Shown: one piece after another, positions 39,211-51,000 of the stretch | How positions within the stretch are numbered: the first letter of the stretch is position 1 | Layout of the letters: every line of letters starts with the position of its first letter | From: Lama glama | Lineage: Eukaryota | Direction of reading: 5' to 3' | Length of the DNA stretch: 64,000 bases | NCBI GenBank assembly: GCA_028534125.1 | Contig: CM052816.1 | Location: 68,946,001-69,010,000 of the forward strand | Notes under the pieces: model-generated | Told to the model about the DNA's origin: nothing | The model's input: only the letters and a program-made list of their open reading frames with translations | The model's database searches: none | Translations under genes and position numbers: made by a program

Positions 39211-39487
39211 ACTTGCAGGTATTTTTATATGTTGCTTTAAATGCTTTTATATGCTGTTTTGAACAGGATTATTAATAATAATACTGTCCTAAATATTTGT
39301 ATAAACCTTGATGATTCTTCCTTAACTTGAGTTGGGGTGTTTCTTATTTTAAAAATACAGCTTAGGATGATTTGGAGAAATCACAACATAGACCTGGTTG
39401 AAGGTGGTGCCATAACTGTCTTGTTTAATCACCTTTTGCCCTCTTGGAGGGGTCTGGGCGGAGTGGGGGATATACCATCAACTGTTC

Positions 39488-39531
39488 TTTATTTCCATAA
39501 AAGACAAACAGATAGTCTTCTAAATTTTATT
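39488..39531 (-). terminator. GZMK: Two candidate GZMK polyadenylation signals (AATAAA)
   Basis: tttatt at 39526-39531 and 39488-39493, about 215-255 nt past the stop codon. Confidence 0.6.
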
Positions 39532-39746
39532 CAGAATAAAATCAGCATAGTATAAATATATCAGTGGAACATGTGAAAAAGAACTTGGTTTCTTAACAAA
39601 ATCAGCCCTAAGGGGTCAGGAGGGGACCCTGTGTTCACTTTAACTACATTCAACTACCTTTGAAGTTGGCCTGTAGAACGTATTATGAAACAAAAACAAA
39701 AACAAAAAACAAGCAGCTGGTAGAGCAGAGAAAATTATCTGTAGTC

Positions 39747-39908
39747 TTAGTTTGCGTGAGATGGGGCCAGCGTGCTTTTGATCCAAGCCTGGTATTTCTG
39801 GTTTAATAGCATGTAGATTCCAGGTTTCTTGGCATCACCACATTTGTGACCTCCAGAGACTAAGGCATAGAAGGCACCTTTGCAGACCAAGGGGCCACCT
39901 GAGTCACC
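39747..39908 (-). CDS. GZMK: Granzyme K exon 5 (catalytic Ser)
   Basis: cccag|GGT...TAA; 162 nt; GDSGGPLVCKGAFYALVSGGHKCGDAKKPGIYMLLNQKYQAWIKSTLAPSHAN*. Confidence 0.97.
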   Translation of the reverse strand, partial: GDSGGPLVCKGAFYALVSGGHKCGDAKKPGIYMLLNQKYQAWIKSTLAPSHAN

Positions 39909-41230
39909 CTGGGAAGAAGAAAATGAGCAGATACTTGGTAAGAAGCTGTTGAACTTTTTCCACCATCAACTGTTAATTACTCAAAGGATCATTATCTGAG
40001 TCCTTGGTTTCTGTATGTCCTGCAGAGTGCTTGATAACAGCCTCTGACTCAGTATAGGTTCTCTGTGTCTCTGTCTCCGTCCAAGACCATGGTTCTGTCC
40101 ATCTTTCTGTCTGTCTCTCTTTGTCCATGTCCCGGTCTCTGTCCAAGACTATGTATATATACATCCTTTGGTAATCAGTGACTGTCAAACTTTATTCATC
40201 AAGAAGCAATTTAGACACAAAGTTTGAAATAACCCATGAAATACAATAAATTTTTAAACTGTGAATTTCATTTTGGTGCTCTTGGATCTCAGATCAGGTT
40301 GCTACTGGAACTGGCAGAAAAGAGCAACGTATTAGAGTAAATGTCTTGGTGGCAGGGACTGTATCTCCTCTGTTATTTTTTTCCTGTTTTGCATCCTCAT
40401 GTGATTGAACATGGGGCTCTGTATGTACCCAACACTCAGTACATACTTGGTCAATGAACTGATTCTTGAGGACTCACTCTGCTCACTCTGACAACAAAAC
40501 ATGTGACAACAATTCTGTCAAGGGAAGTGACAAGGTGTTAGAGGGGGCAGCCTGGTCTTTCAGATAAGGAGCTGGCTTTTAAATCTAAAGAGCAGCCTTT
40601 GCCTCTGCTGCCACTCACATCGAAAACTGCAGTACTTTGTGCTTTGGTTGGCTGCAAAAATAGAGACTTAGGGGGATGACAGTCTTGGTGCACTGCAGCT
40701 ACATGTGACCTTTGAAATCATCACACCCTCCCCTCAATAATGCTTAATACAGTATGGTGTGAATAGTGTATTCTACCTTTTAAAAAAATTACTAATCCAT
40801 CTGTGCTAGGTAGCCTTTGTCACCTGTAAACATGATCATCTTTTTTTTTTTACTACCTCAGGAAACAAAAGATTTTGAAAAGTATTTTGAAAAGTTATCT
40901 TCTAATCACCACTAGTGAACTTAGAGTTAGTAGGCTTTCTAAGGATGGTAACACCCCTCAGAAGAAGTCTGTAAAAGTTATCAGATATAGTTAATTATCC
41001 TGATTAATGAACATTTAATGAGTGTTCACTATATGTTGGGGAAGTTCTTATGACTCATTCATATTGGTAGATGGGAAAGAATACAGAACACTGTATGCAG
41101 GAATGGAGTGCAACTTTTCCGAGTCGTGGTTTTGTGTTCTCCGTTTCTCTCCTCCTCTGTGCTAGTGTGCAAAGGGAGTCCGACTGTAGCTCAGCACCCT
41201 GAAATATCTGTTTGAATGACAGGTTCTTAC

Positions 41231-41500
41231 CTGGCAGGAATCCTTCTGGCCTCTGGCATCTCCTGCACATACCATGTTTTTAGTTATGATAGGATTATGG
41301 TTGTAATAACTTGGGCTGTTGCAAACTTTTCGACTTATGACAGTAACTGTGACTTCTCGCAGAGTATCAGAGGGACTAAAAAGTTCTGGGTCAGTAGCTC
41401 CCCAGCCAGTAACCTGGCATTTTGTTCCAGCTCTAATATCATTTTTGGATTTTGGGTAGAGCAGTTGGACATGCTTGTTGAGTTTTGCGGCCGTGTGAAG
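41231..41500 (-). CDS. GZMK: Granzyme K exon 4
   Basis: gacag|CTT...CAG|gtaag; 270 nt; LHTAAKLNKHVQLLYPKSKNDIRAGTKCQVTGWGATDPELFSPSDTLREVTVTVISRKVCNSPSYYNHNPIITKNMVCAGDARGQKDSCQ (S1 Asp189 in KDSC). Confidence 0.97.
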
Positions 41501-41846
41501 CTGTCAGATTGAAAAAAGAATAAATTATCATTTGTCCCCAGTAATATTCTGTTATTAGTCTGAGCGATGTATGTGTGGTCCCTCTGTTCTAGGAGGGCGT
41601 CCCCCTTCTTGAATCTACTTTGGTGGTAGCCCACAGCTGCATTTGTGGTTGTTGCTTTTCTGAACATACTCTTCATTCCCCTTAGAGTTCAGTGATGCTT
41701 GGGGAGGGAGCTTACACAGAGCAGGAATTTTGCCCAGTCTCAAGCAAACTGGCCTTTATTCTTCTTTGGATGGTTTTCTGTGGAATAACATCCATAGGTC
41801 ATGACTTTGAGGGCTGCGCTGTTTCCTGCTGGATAGGACCCTTGGG

Positions 41847-41894
41847 TATGGTCTAGACTAAGTTTGGACTAGACTAAGTATGGTCTAGACTAAG
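41847..41894. repeat. 16-bp x3 tandem repeat with GTCTAGAC cores
   Basis: TATGGTCTAGACTAAG TTTGGACTAGACTAAG TATGGTCTAGACTAAG. Confidence 0.95.
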
Positions 41895-42276
41895 TTGTAA
41901 CTCACTTCTGTGTCTCTGAAGTCACTTGGTTGGCTCTGTTGTCTAAGTGCCTTGTATTTTTTACTTGCTAATGATAAAAGCATTTGGGAAAAAAAACTTT
42001 CAATGTGGATCTTTGGGCGTGTTGGGATGGTCTCCTCCCACATATGTGAACATCAGAGCTTTTTTCCCTTGTGTAAACACAGCCTAGATGCATTTGTGAT
42101 AAATTCTCATTTCTTTCAAGGCCGTAAATAGAGTAAAATGGGCCCAATATAGAATATGTCACAGTCACCTCAAACATGGGGAGAGTGCTAACAAAATGCT
42201 TCTGTGTAGATGATTTGATAACTGAACTCGCTGTATAAGAATGTTGGAGGAATTGAAGGAGGTCAGTGTCACATAC

Positions 42277-42427
42277 CTCAACCAGCATAATATCATTCGA
42301 TTTAGGATCTGATGTAAATCTTGGGAATCGTATGAATTTTTTAATCTCAAACGTTTGTTTGGAGGCCTCATTCTTTGAGAGAGAGTGTGCTCCTAAAACC
42401 ACTTTGGAAGAATGGCCTTTGGCAAAC
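42277..42427 (-). CDS. GZMK: Granzyme K exon 3 (catalytic Asp)
   Basis: ttttag|G...GAG|gtatg; 151 nt; (R)FAKGHSSKVVLGAHSLSKNEASKQTFEIKKFIRFPRFTSDPKSNDIMLVE. Confidence 0.97.
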
Positions 42428-44979
42428 CTAAAAAAAGCATAGAGAATAGAGGCAACAGAATGATTCCCAAATCCCCCAGTGGGATTTGGAGAAATGGTGG
42501 AGAAAGCCATATGAATATAGAAATAAGGACCATCTCTAAGATAACCTGCCTAGGATTTGGTGGAGTGACAGAGGTCCAGTGGACCCAGTCATGAATGGAT
42601 GATATCAAGGGCCAAACCCACCCCACTCCAATTCCCCAGTGTTACAAACGATTATCAGAACTTGTACCCTACTAGGGGGACAAAGGAGTGAAATCCTAAA
42701 TTGACTGAGATCAAGTTTACAACAAAATTGTGTTAATTTATGTAAAAGTAAAGGAAATTATATTTCTCAGGTTTGTGAAGAATCTTTTTTATTAAAGTAA
42801 AATATACATAATATAAAATTTATGGCTTTAACTGTTCTTAAATGCACAGTTCTGTGGCACTAAATACATTTACATTGTTGTTAATCCATCATCACCATCA
42901 ATCTCCAGAGCTTTTTCATCTTTCCAGTTTTAAGTATTTTAATAACTAAAAGGTAGAGACTCAACTCTACACTTGCTAATCTGTTATGTCTAGACATCAT
43001 CTCAGGGCAATATGGAGAAATAAGGTCCATTACCTGACTGTCAACTATGCTTATATGTTCTGTCCCTTCAATTAGAAAGATGATTTGGACAAGAGAGGAA
43101 AACTTTCCTCAAGGTGAAAGAAGGACACTTCAGAGTTAGTACCTATTGATAATTCCATTGTGGGGATTTAGAGGATATAAACTGTTGAGTCAGATGAAGA
43201 AACATTTTTTTGTTTGTTTGTTTTTTTAAAATCCCTGGTCATATATAGTTTTAGTACCAGTGTTTCACTAGTGCCATAGTTGATCTTTACTGTATGTTGA
43301 ATAAAATTACATTTACATCTAGTTACAAAAATAGAAGTGGTATTTTTTGAGATCTTGACCACACCTTAGAGCCATTTGCATGCTACAAAAATATCCCATT
43401 TTAATGTGTGTTCTCAGGAAGCAACTTCAAATCCTTTTTTGGAACAAGGAAGGTTATGAAAATAATTATATTTATTTATTTACATACAACTGTTACATGG
43501 AAAAGGGTCAAGGCAGATTACAATAAAAACACACACACCCATATATACAGATGAATAAAGATTAATAAAAATTAAAAAGATCACAGAGACTTACAGAAAA
43601 GGAAGAAAAGTTTGTTTCAGATTTGGGGAACCAGTGAATGGTTATGGTGGGGTGGGTTTTAATATGGTAGGGCTGTGACTGCCAGGAATTACCAATTTTT
43701 GGTTTCTACCAAAAGAGTTTATTTGGGGTTATTTTGGAAATTCTAGTTCTATTTGTTGAAAAGTTTCTGTTGCAAAATCAGGATGGGGATGAAATTTCTC
43801 AAGGGATGTGGATCAGATTTCCTAGGATTGATTCAAACTCAAATTCAGCATACTCACTAAACCCCAACTTTGGAGGGGAAGGATAATGTAAAATCCCTGG
43901 GACTACTGGTCTAATAGAAAAGATGTATACATGCATAAATAACGAGCCTGGAGAAGCCTGGGAGGTACAAATGTGGGATATGGAAGGTGAATCTAACTAC
44001 GGGAAGGGAGCTGAGAATATTTCTGATTTTCCTTCATCTTTTACCAATTTCCTTGATTAGTTATGGCTTTGCAATGCTTTGGTTATTTTTGTCTCCATAT
44101 ATTAATACCCAAAACAACCCAAGACCATGAATGCTTTCTGAACTTTCCATTTCTAGATATGCTTCAACTGTAATCTGTACTACAAAGGTCAATCTTTTCT
44201 GCCCACTGGATACCTGGAATTACCTGAGTTCCAAGATCCCACCTCTTTAGCTAAACTCAGGTCTGAATTCACGCTGAGGATAAGTTACAATATCGATGTC
44301 TCATTTGCACAGCACAGTGTTTCTCCCTGGGGGAGTCTTTGGACCACCTGCTTCAGAATCATCTGAAGATGTTTGTTTAAAAGCAGCTTTCTGAGTCCCA
44401 TCCTGGACTCACCTGGAACAGAACTACATGCAGAGCAGAACCAAAGTATTGCTTACAGTAAATCTTGTCATCGTCTGCTGAAGGCATCCATAAACGTCTC
44501 TATTGAGCCTATCGATAAACCCTCTCTGTGTTAAACTGAGGGACTGTATAGTCTTTATGAGTTAAAGGGTTCTTCGACTGGCCAGAGGTGACATACCTCA
44601 TAAGTAGGGGAATCAGGACCCAAACCCAGCTTCTGTGACTCTAAGTCTAGTGCCAAGGTAGACTGGCAGAGGAAATAAGAGTCTTGAAGGGGGCTTGGCT
44701 GCATGGTGCCTCTATAAGCCCTGTGCTGAGCCCTTTCAAGCCTCTTAATTCCTCTGCCGTTCTACCTTGGCACTGAGCAATGTTTCTACTTAGATCCATT
44801 CCTCCAGATGTGATAATGAAGGCAGGATCCCTATTTCTTGGAAGTCTCTTACCTAAGAGAGGAGGGAATGACGCTGCTGTCAGAGAGGCTGTTATGGTCC
44901 TATCCCATCAACATGACTGGATCATGAATTGTGTTCCTCAGTGATTACCATGGAAGGTATAGGTATAACATTAGATAAC

Positions 44980-45235
44980 ATTTATTAAGTTATTGCAGTG
45001 AGCCAGGTTTTGTGCTAAGCATTTTACATATTTTCCCTCATTTAAACTTCACAACAGCCCTGTGAAAGAGGTATTATGATTATCCCCATTTTGCAGATGA
45101 GGAAATTGATGCTCAGGAAAATTAACAAACTTGAGAAAGTCCCAATGATATTAAGTGGAGCCTCCAGGATGCAACGCAGTTGGGATTAAAGCTCAATTGG
45201 TTTGAACCCAAGGTCTGAATTTTTAACCATACTAC
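44980..45235. mobile_element. MIR SINE (other MIR fragments near 2200-2350, 22700-22900, 61880-62090, 62450-62670, 62810-63050)
   Basis: MIR core ttatccccattttgcagatgaggaaattgatgctcag, or its complement cctcagtttcctcat. Confidence 0.75.
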
Positions 45236-47395
45236 TCTGGAAGCCTTGAATAATTTGAGATGGAGTGAGGCCGTGTGGAAGGGATTGTGGGGTTTCATCT
45301 AATCACTGGCGAGGCAGGTGAGAGGACGGGGGAGTGTTCAGTGAAAGAAGGCATTGGAAGAGACTCAGGAAGACAGTGAGGCAGTGGGCAAGAGTTGGTG
45401 AGAGTTTTGCTTCTGATAAATTAAAATGCTGAAAATAAAACAAGCTTTTTTTTTTTTAAAGCCAGTTTCCTTTTATAATTGGCATGGCAACTAACAAAGG
45501 GGTCAGGAGACTAAGTGAGGAACTTAGGATGGGTAGTGAGGAGGGAACACCCCAGGTTTGGCCTCCTTCACCATTTTGCTGAGAGAGGGGCCTGGGGTTA
45601 GTAAGCTATTCCCACAGGATACTTGGGAGTACATTTGTGGGAAGCCACCATTGAACTATTTCATAAATATTTTGGATTTCATAAAGCTTAATATTTTTCT
45701 AAGCACAATCTGCCTACATTTTTACACCCAAGTGTCCTGTAGAGGAAATCTGATACACATACTCTGGAGTTCTTTAAACTCCAGCCATTTAAAATAATAT
45801 TTAGCAATAGGTTTTTTTTTTTTAACTGCAAGACCTCTTTTTCCCCAATTTGTCAATTTGGAAATCTACTTCTACTGAGTCAGTTCACATGACAAAATTT
45901 AAAATTCAACTTAATAATACTATTTACCTTTGGATAGCACTTTGTGGCTTGTGAAGGACTTCACATACTGTGTTTTAAGTTTAGCAAAACCCAAAAAACA
46001 AAACCCTAAAGAAAGCTCTCCAATTTATTTCCTTTTTTCTATCTAGCATTTGTTCAGCATTTATAATAAGTCAAACTCCATGACTGGGGCGATTATAATC
46101 CACTTGAAGTGTAACCATAAGCGTATTTGAAGATGTACATGGTTTGAATTGAATGAATATCTATTGATAGTCACCCTCTACCTAGCTGGTCCCCAGGGGA
46201 CAAATGCCCTGGAAAGAACAGAAGTGATAGGGACACAAGGGTGATTTCTATGACAGCAAGAACCCCCGCTTAAATGAAGTAGCCATATTAAATTGGAAAT
46301 AAGTGGCTTGCTATTTAGAAATAAAATAAAAGTTATCAATTTGCAGGGTTCAAAATTTTAAATTTGTGTTCAGTCTCATTAAAATGGGGCAACCAAACAA
46401 AACCCCCAAAACATAGAGAAGCAAGTCAATTCAGTTGTTCCATTTAGATACAGCTGACTCCTGGAGAATAAACCATTACCGCTAAGAGGTTCTTAAGTGA
46501 AATGTCATGTTTGTAAGGAAAGGGGAAAACCCCATCTCTTCTCTTAGCTTATTCAGTCAAGGAATATAAGGAAGAAACTTACAAGCAAAAAACAATCCCC
46601 CAAACACAAACAAACAAAACAACCACAAACACCAAATTAGTTTTCTAAAGCTTTTCCTTTTGTGATGGTGGCAGCATGCCAAGAAAGGTTTCGGACATTT
46701 TTATGAAGTAAGAGAATCACAGGGTGAGAAAACCTTTCTGTTCTAAGTATCCCAGAAAAATGTATTCTACAATTGTATTCTACAATCTCTCTCTCTTTTT
46801 CTGTGTAAATCAGTAATACTTTCTTTTTTTCACCTGGGAAGACTATTATCCCTTACAGCTGTGATTCCCAAACTGTGGGTCTCAGACCTCATGTGGGGGG
46901 AGTGGGCAGAGGAGTTAAGGTAAGGGGTCTAAAAATCTACTAGCAAAGCAACTCCTCATACAGATAACAGTAATAATAGCTGCAACTTATTTGTATTCAC
47001 TGTGTGCTAAGCATGCCAAAATGTTTAAATAGATAGTATTTAATCATCAGAACCCCAAGAAACAGGTATGCACTACTATTATTATTACCCATGTATAAAA
47101 TGGGGAGCAAACTCAGATTGTCTGATTTCTCCTAACAAGCCCAGGAGTACTGTGGCTTCAGTAATTACTGTTGCTGAGTTCCCTGGCATTACACTGAGGA
47201 CTTGAATTTGTCTAACGGGTTGCCTAGATCTCCCTAAAAAGAAAAACGCAGGCAGAATTGCAGATATGTGAGAGAGTAAATAAACTCCAGTTGGTCAGTT
47301 ATCTCAGAAGCTAAGGGAAGATCAAAACCTCTCCTGGGAGAAGTGAGCTCTTCTTCTGGCCAACTTGGGGAAAAACATGTAAACATAGTACTCAC

Positions 47396-47543
47396 CGAGA
47401 GTGGCAATGGGCGGCTGTCAGCACCCACTGCGGATGGATCAGAACTCCCCCACAAATGTGATTACCGCCATACTGGATGGAAGCCATAAATGGCCTGGAA
47501 TGAGGTGACACCTCTCTCCCTCCGATAATCTCCACGTTGAAAC
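47396..47543 (-). CDS. GZMK: Granzyme K exon 2 (propeptide, IIGG mature N-terminus, catalytic His)
   Basis: ttggag|GT...CG|gtgag; 148 nt; (C)[48 protein letters not shown](R). Confidence 0.97.
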
Positions 47544-47815
47544 CTCCAAAAGAAAACCAGAAGATTTAACGTAAAAGATCTAAGCCGATTACTTCATGTA
47601 ATTCTTATTTTGACTGCCACTGTATCATTTTCCAAGTTAAAAAAAACCCTATAGTCACCTAATAGTTATTATAATTACTGACGAACAATTGTTGAATACA
47701 TTACAATATAGAGGGATCGACGTGGATGTAAAAATCATTTTCACTTATAACATGACAATAGAATCCCTAGAAATTCATTTAATGCTCACATGTGGTAGGT
47801 ATAGGAGATACTTAC

Positions 47816-47879
47816 ACTCTGGAGTCATAGAAGTCCCAGCTATTAGGAAACACAGAGAAAGAGAAGAAAATTTAGGCAT
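47816..47879 (-). CDS. GZMK: Granzyme K exon 1 (signal peptide)
   Basis: ATG at 47879; MPKFSSLSLCFLIAGTSMTPE(C); 64 nt, then gtaagt. The five exons total 795 nt = 264 aa + stop. Confidence 0.94.
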
Positions 47880-47899
47880 TTTAATGGCTTAGATTTAAG

Positions 47900-48030
47900 A
47901 GGCCCAGGTGAAATATTCTGACTGTATTGGTGAAGGAAGAAGATTCTGAAGACTGAGTTTTGATTCTGCAGATTTAACTTTCTCACCACAAGTGTAGTAG
48001 AGTAAAGTTTTTTTCACACCTAAGATTAGA
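47900..48030 (-). promoter_or_regulatory. GZMK: GZMK proximal promoter with RUNX and T-box motifs
   Basis: ACCACA (RUNX) at 47985-47990, TCACACCT (T-box) at 48014-48021, and minus-strand CCAAT near 47926-47930, all within about 145 nt of the ATG. Confidence 0.6.
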
Positions 48031-51000
48031 GGTATAGAACAGTTCGGGAAGTTTCAGAATTATGGTTTGGCACTTTTTGGGGAGAGGTATGTGTGCCATC
48101 AAGAACTCATTTCTGGAGTTAACCATCTTCAATATCTGTATGTACTCATGTTATAAATGGGGAGAGAATAAAAATATGCAAGCCATAAGAACTTAATGAA
48201 GTTGCAGACAGAGTTCAAAGATGTTCATTGCTCTAAAGCAATACTTACTATTTTTCCTGGCAGCAAATGGTGCCTATCGTATTTAATGTCTTTCTATTTT
48301 TCTTTTGGACGTAGATTTATTATGTAGAGAGACACAGAACCTTTCACAGATCGCACTTGCCTTACAATAAGGCTTAGCTAAAGCCTGAACATCATCCAGA
48401 GAAACCCATATGTTTTGTAGCAAACTTATTCCTAGTCATGCCATTTTCTCTAAATTTGACCAAATTTCGTTAAATTTTAGTTACATTTTTGGGAGATTTC
48501 ATAATGTTATTAAAGGGGAACATTGGCAACATATTTTTAATTCCGATTCTCTCTTTTACTCATTTTTAATTGAAAATGACCATGTTTTTATCCAGGGCCT
48601 TGATAATATCTTTTAAAAATCAAGGACTGCATCTTGTCATTCTCCCCAGGAACAGATAAAACGCATTGCCAGGCTTTCTACACTACTTTCTTCTTTACTA
48701 TGAAAGGTATTAGACTCTACAAGATTCTGCTCGTACCAGGTGCAAATGTTATAAAATGAGTACAGATAGACAAATCAGGCACCATGACCCCAAGAACTTT
48801 CCAGAAACACTGACTAAAGTTTACCTTGAATTAGCAGATTTTATTTTCTTTTTTTCTAAGATACGTATATCCTATCTTTAATTTTTTTATAAAGGAGAAT
48901 TGAAATCCAGAGCTATTATTCTTGGCAGATTGCAAGAGACTCCTACTAAATTGTTTTCTAGCATTAAGACAGTAGTAATAATAATAATATTATAATTATA
49001 TATTATAATTTAATAATATAAGTAAAGTACCTTAAATTATTTCCCAAATTCTGTTTACATGGTTATTTATGTTTTCATATCTTATATCCATGAGGGAGGC
49101 AGGACAAACTATTATATTCATGTTACATCTGAAGAAATAGGCTCAGGGAGGCTAGGTAATTTGCCTGCGTTTACACAGCATACTACCTGGACCAAGTCAT
49201 TTGCCTGACCTGAAATAACTTATATATTAATAAATATACCACCAGAGCACAGAATTTGAGAAATATCCTGTTTTCACTTTACAGGGATGCAGTAACCATA
49301 AAATTTTCCTATATATTAAATAAGAAGAATGAACAAAACCATTGTAGAGCAGTGACTTCCTGTTTTGTAAACCTGTGGGTGAAGCAAAGAGGAGCTGGAT
49401 TAAGAAAAGCCACAAACTTAATAAACCAAACTTGTTAGTTCTAGCCAAATGTCCCCATTAATTTTCAAGCCATCTTTGTCACTGTTGGTGTGCCTTCGAT
49501 GGATTCCTCATGTGCCACTTTTGCAAGCTGTAAAGTGGACCTCATGATGCCAGCTCCCCACTGTATCACAGTGATGTTGGAAACATAAGGAAGATAATGT
49601 GTGACATTTGGAAATGATTTGAACTATGAGGAAGAAATGAACTGTGTAAAGACGAAGCTTCATTTCTGGTGGGGCCTGGAGGGAGGAGGCATAGTCAAAA
49701 CCATCTTTCAGCTGCTTATTTCTGTGTAGGAAGGACTAACATCCATTTGGATTTTTACCAATTGCTAGGCATTTTCAACTCTGTTTCCAGGAAGGTGGCT
49801 GTCATTAGTCTTGTTCTGTGGATAAAGACTGGCTGGAGATTACTGAACTGGCAGGTGGCAGAGTCAGTTCTTAAACCCTTAGATGCTGGCTCCAGGCTCC
49901 ATGTTGCCTTCAACCTGACCACATGCCTGCCCTGCTCTGAGAAGTTCTGAGGCTTAGATGCTTTAAGAGGCAAGCTGGCTGTGCGGAAGGAAAAAGGATT
50001 TAGCCATATACACTGCAATTAGACATGGTGAGATTTAGTTCAATTGGGAGGACAGTCTCATAACTCTTTCTTGTAGCTGACCCGGAAAATTCTGAGAATC
50101 ATGTCGATTTATAGTAACGAGTTATTTAGTTTTGGCTTTAGACTGATGCACGGGTTAATAGTATCATTTGTTATAACCTTCAGGATCCTGGATTTGAGAA
50201 CAGTGGGCTGTGTAACATGATGAGCTCCGCGATCTAATTTATTTCTGGGTGTTGGTTTTTGTTCTGTTGAGTCTGCTGCGGGAAGAGCTGTGTTTGCTTT
50301 GGATGGATTTTGCAGCAGCTGTGCTGGGCTGAGCAAGTGTGAGGTGGTGCTTAGCGCGGGACTGGTTCCTGGGTCAGAATCCTTGTGGTTCTCCTTCGCT
50401 GTGTTGTGTTCAGCTGTCCTCATTAGTTGCTCATAGGTATGCTGATTTTGAGCATGGGGATTTTGTTTTCCTCCATCCCATCTCTTTCTCTCTTGACCCT
50501 TCTGTGTTTTGAGAGACCCATATAGAGTAGCTATCTGGAAGCTCCAAAGGTCACATGTGGTTCTCTCCATTGAGCTTTCTTTACCAGCCCACACATTGGT
50601 TTCATCACATTCATTAGCCACCCGCTCACTCTAAAGCCTTGTCACTCAAAGCATGCCACCCAGACCTGTTTATTACCCATCCCAGGCAAGGTGGGGACAG
50701 AAGTTGAGAGTCAGAGTTCAGAAGCTGTTACAACCATTTATCATGATCTGATACTAATTTATTTTATTTACTGAAGTTTAATGTCTGTCCAATCTAATCA
50801 TAAAATAGAGCAGGCATTTTGTATGCTTTTGTTTTTAAATTTAATTTAATTTTTCTACTCATTTGTGTTGTACTGTATAGAAGTATCAGTCCACAATGAA
50901 TTGAAATTAAAACCAAACAAATGAACAAACAAAATTCCAAAACACACCTGGTTTTCCGTATGGTAGCTGGAGCACTGCTCTGTAGACAAAACTGCAAAGC

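Noticed and set aside
41847..41894. Short direct repeats as a CRISPR-like array (also 6321-6350, 46761-46786, 54228-54262, 58588-58627)
   Set aside because: Eukaryotic DNA; two or three adjacent copies with no series of unique spacers, i.e. ordinary local duplications.
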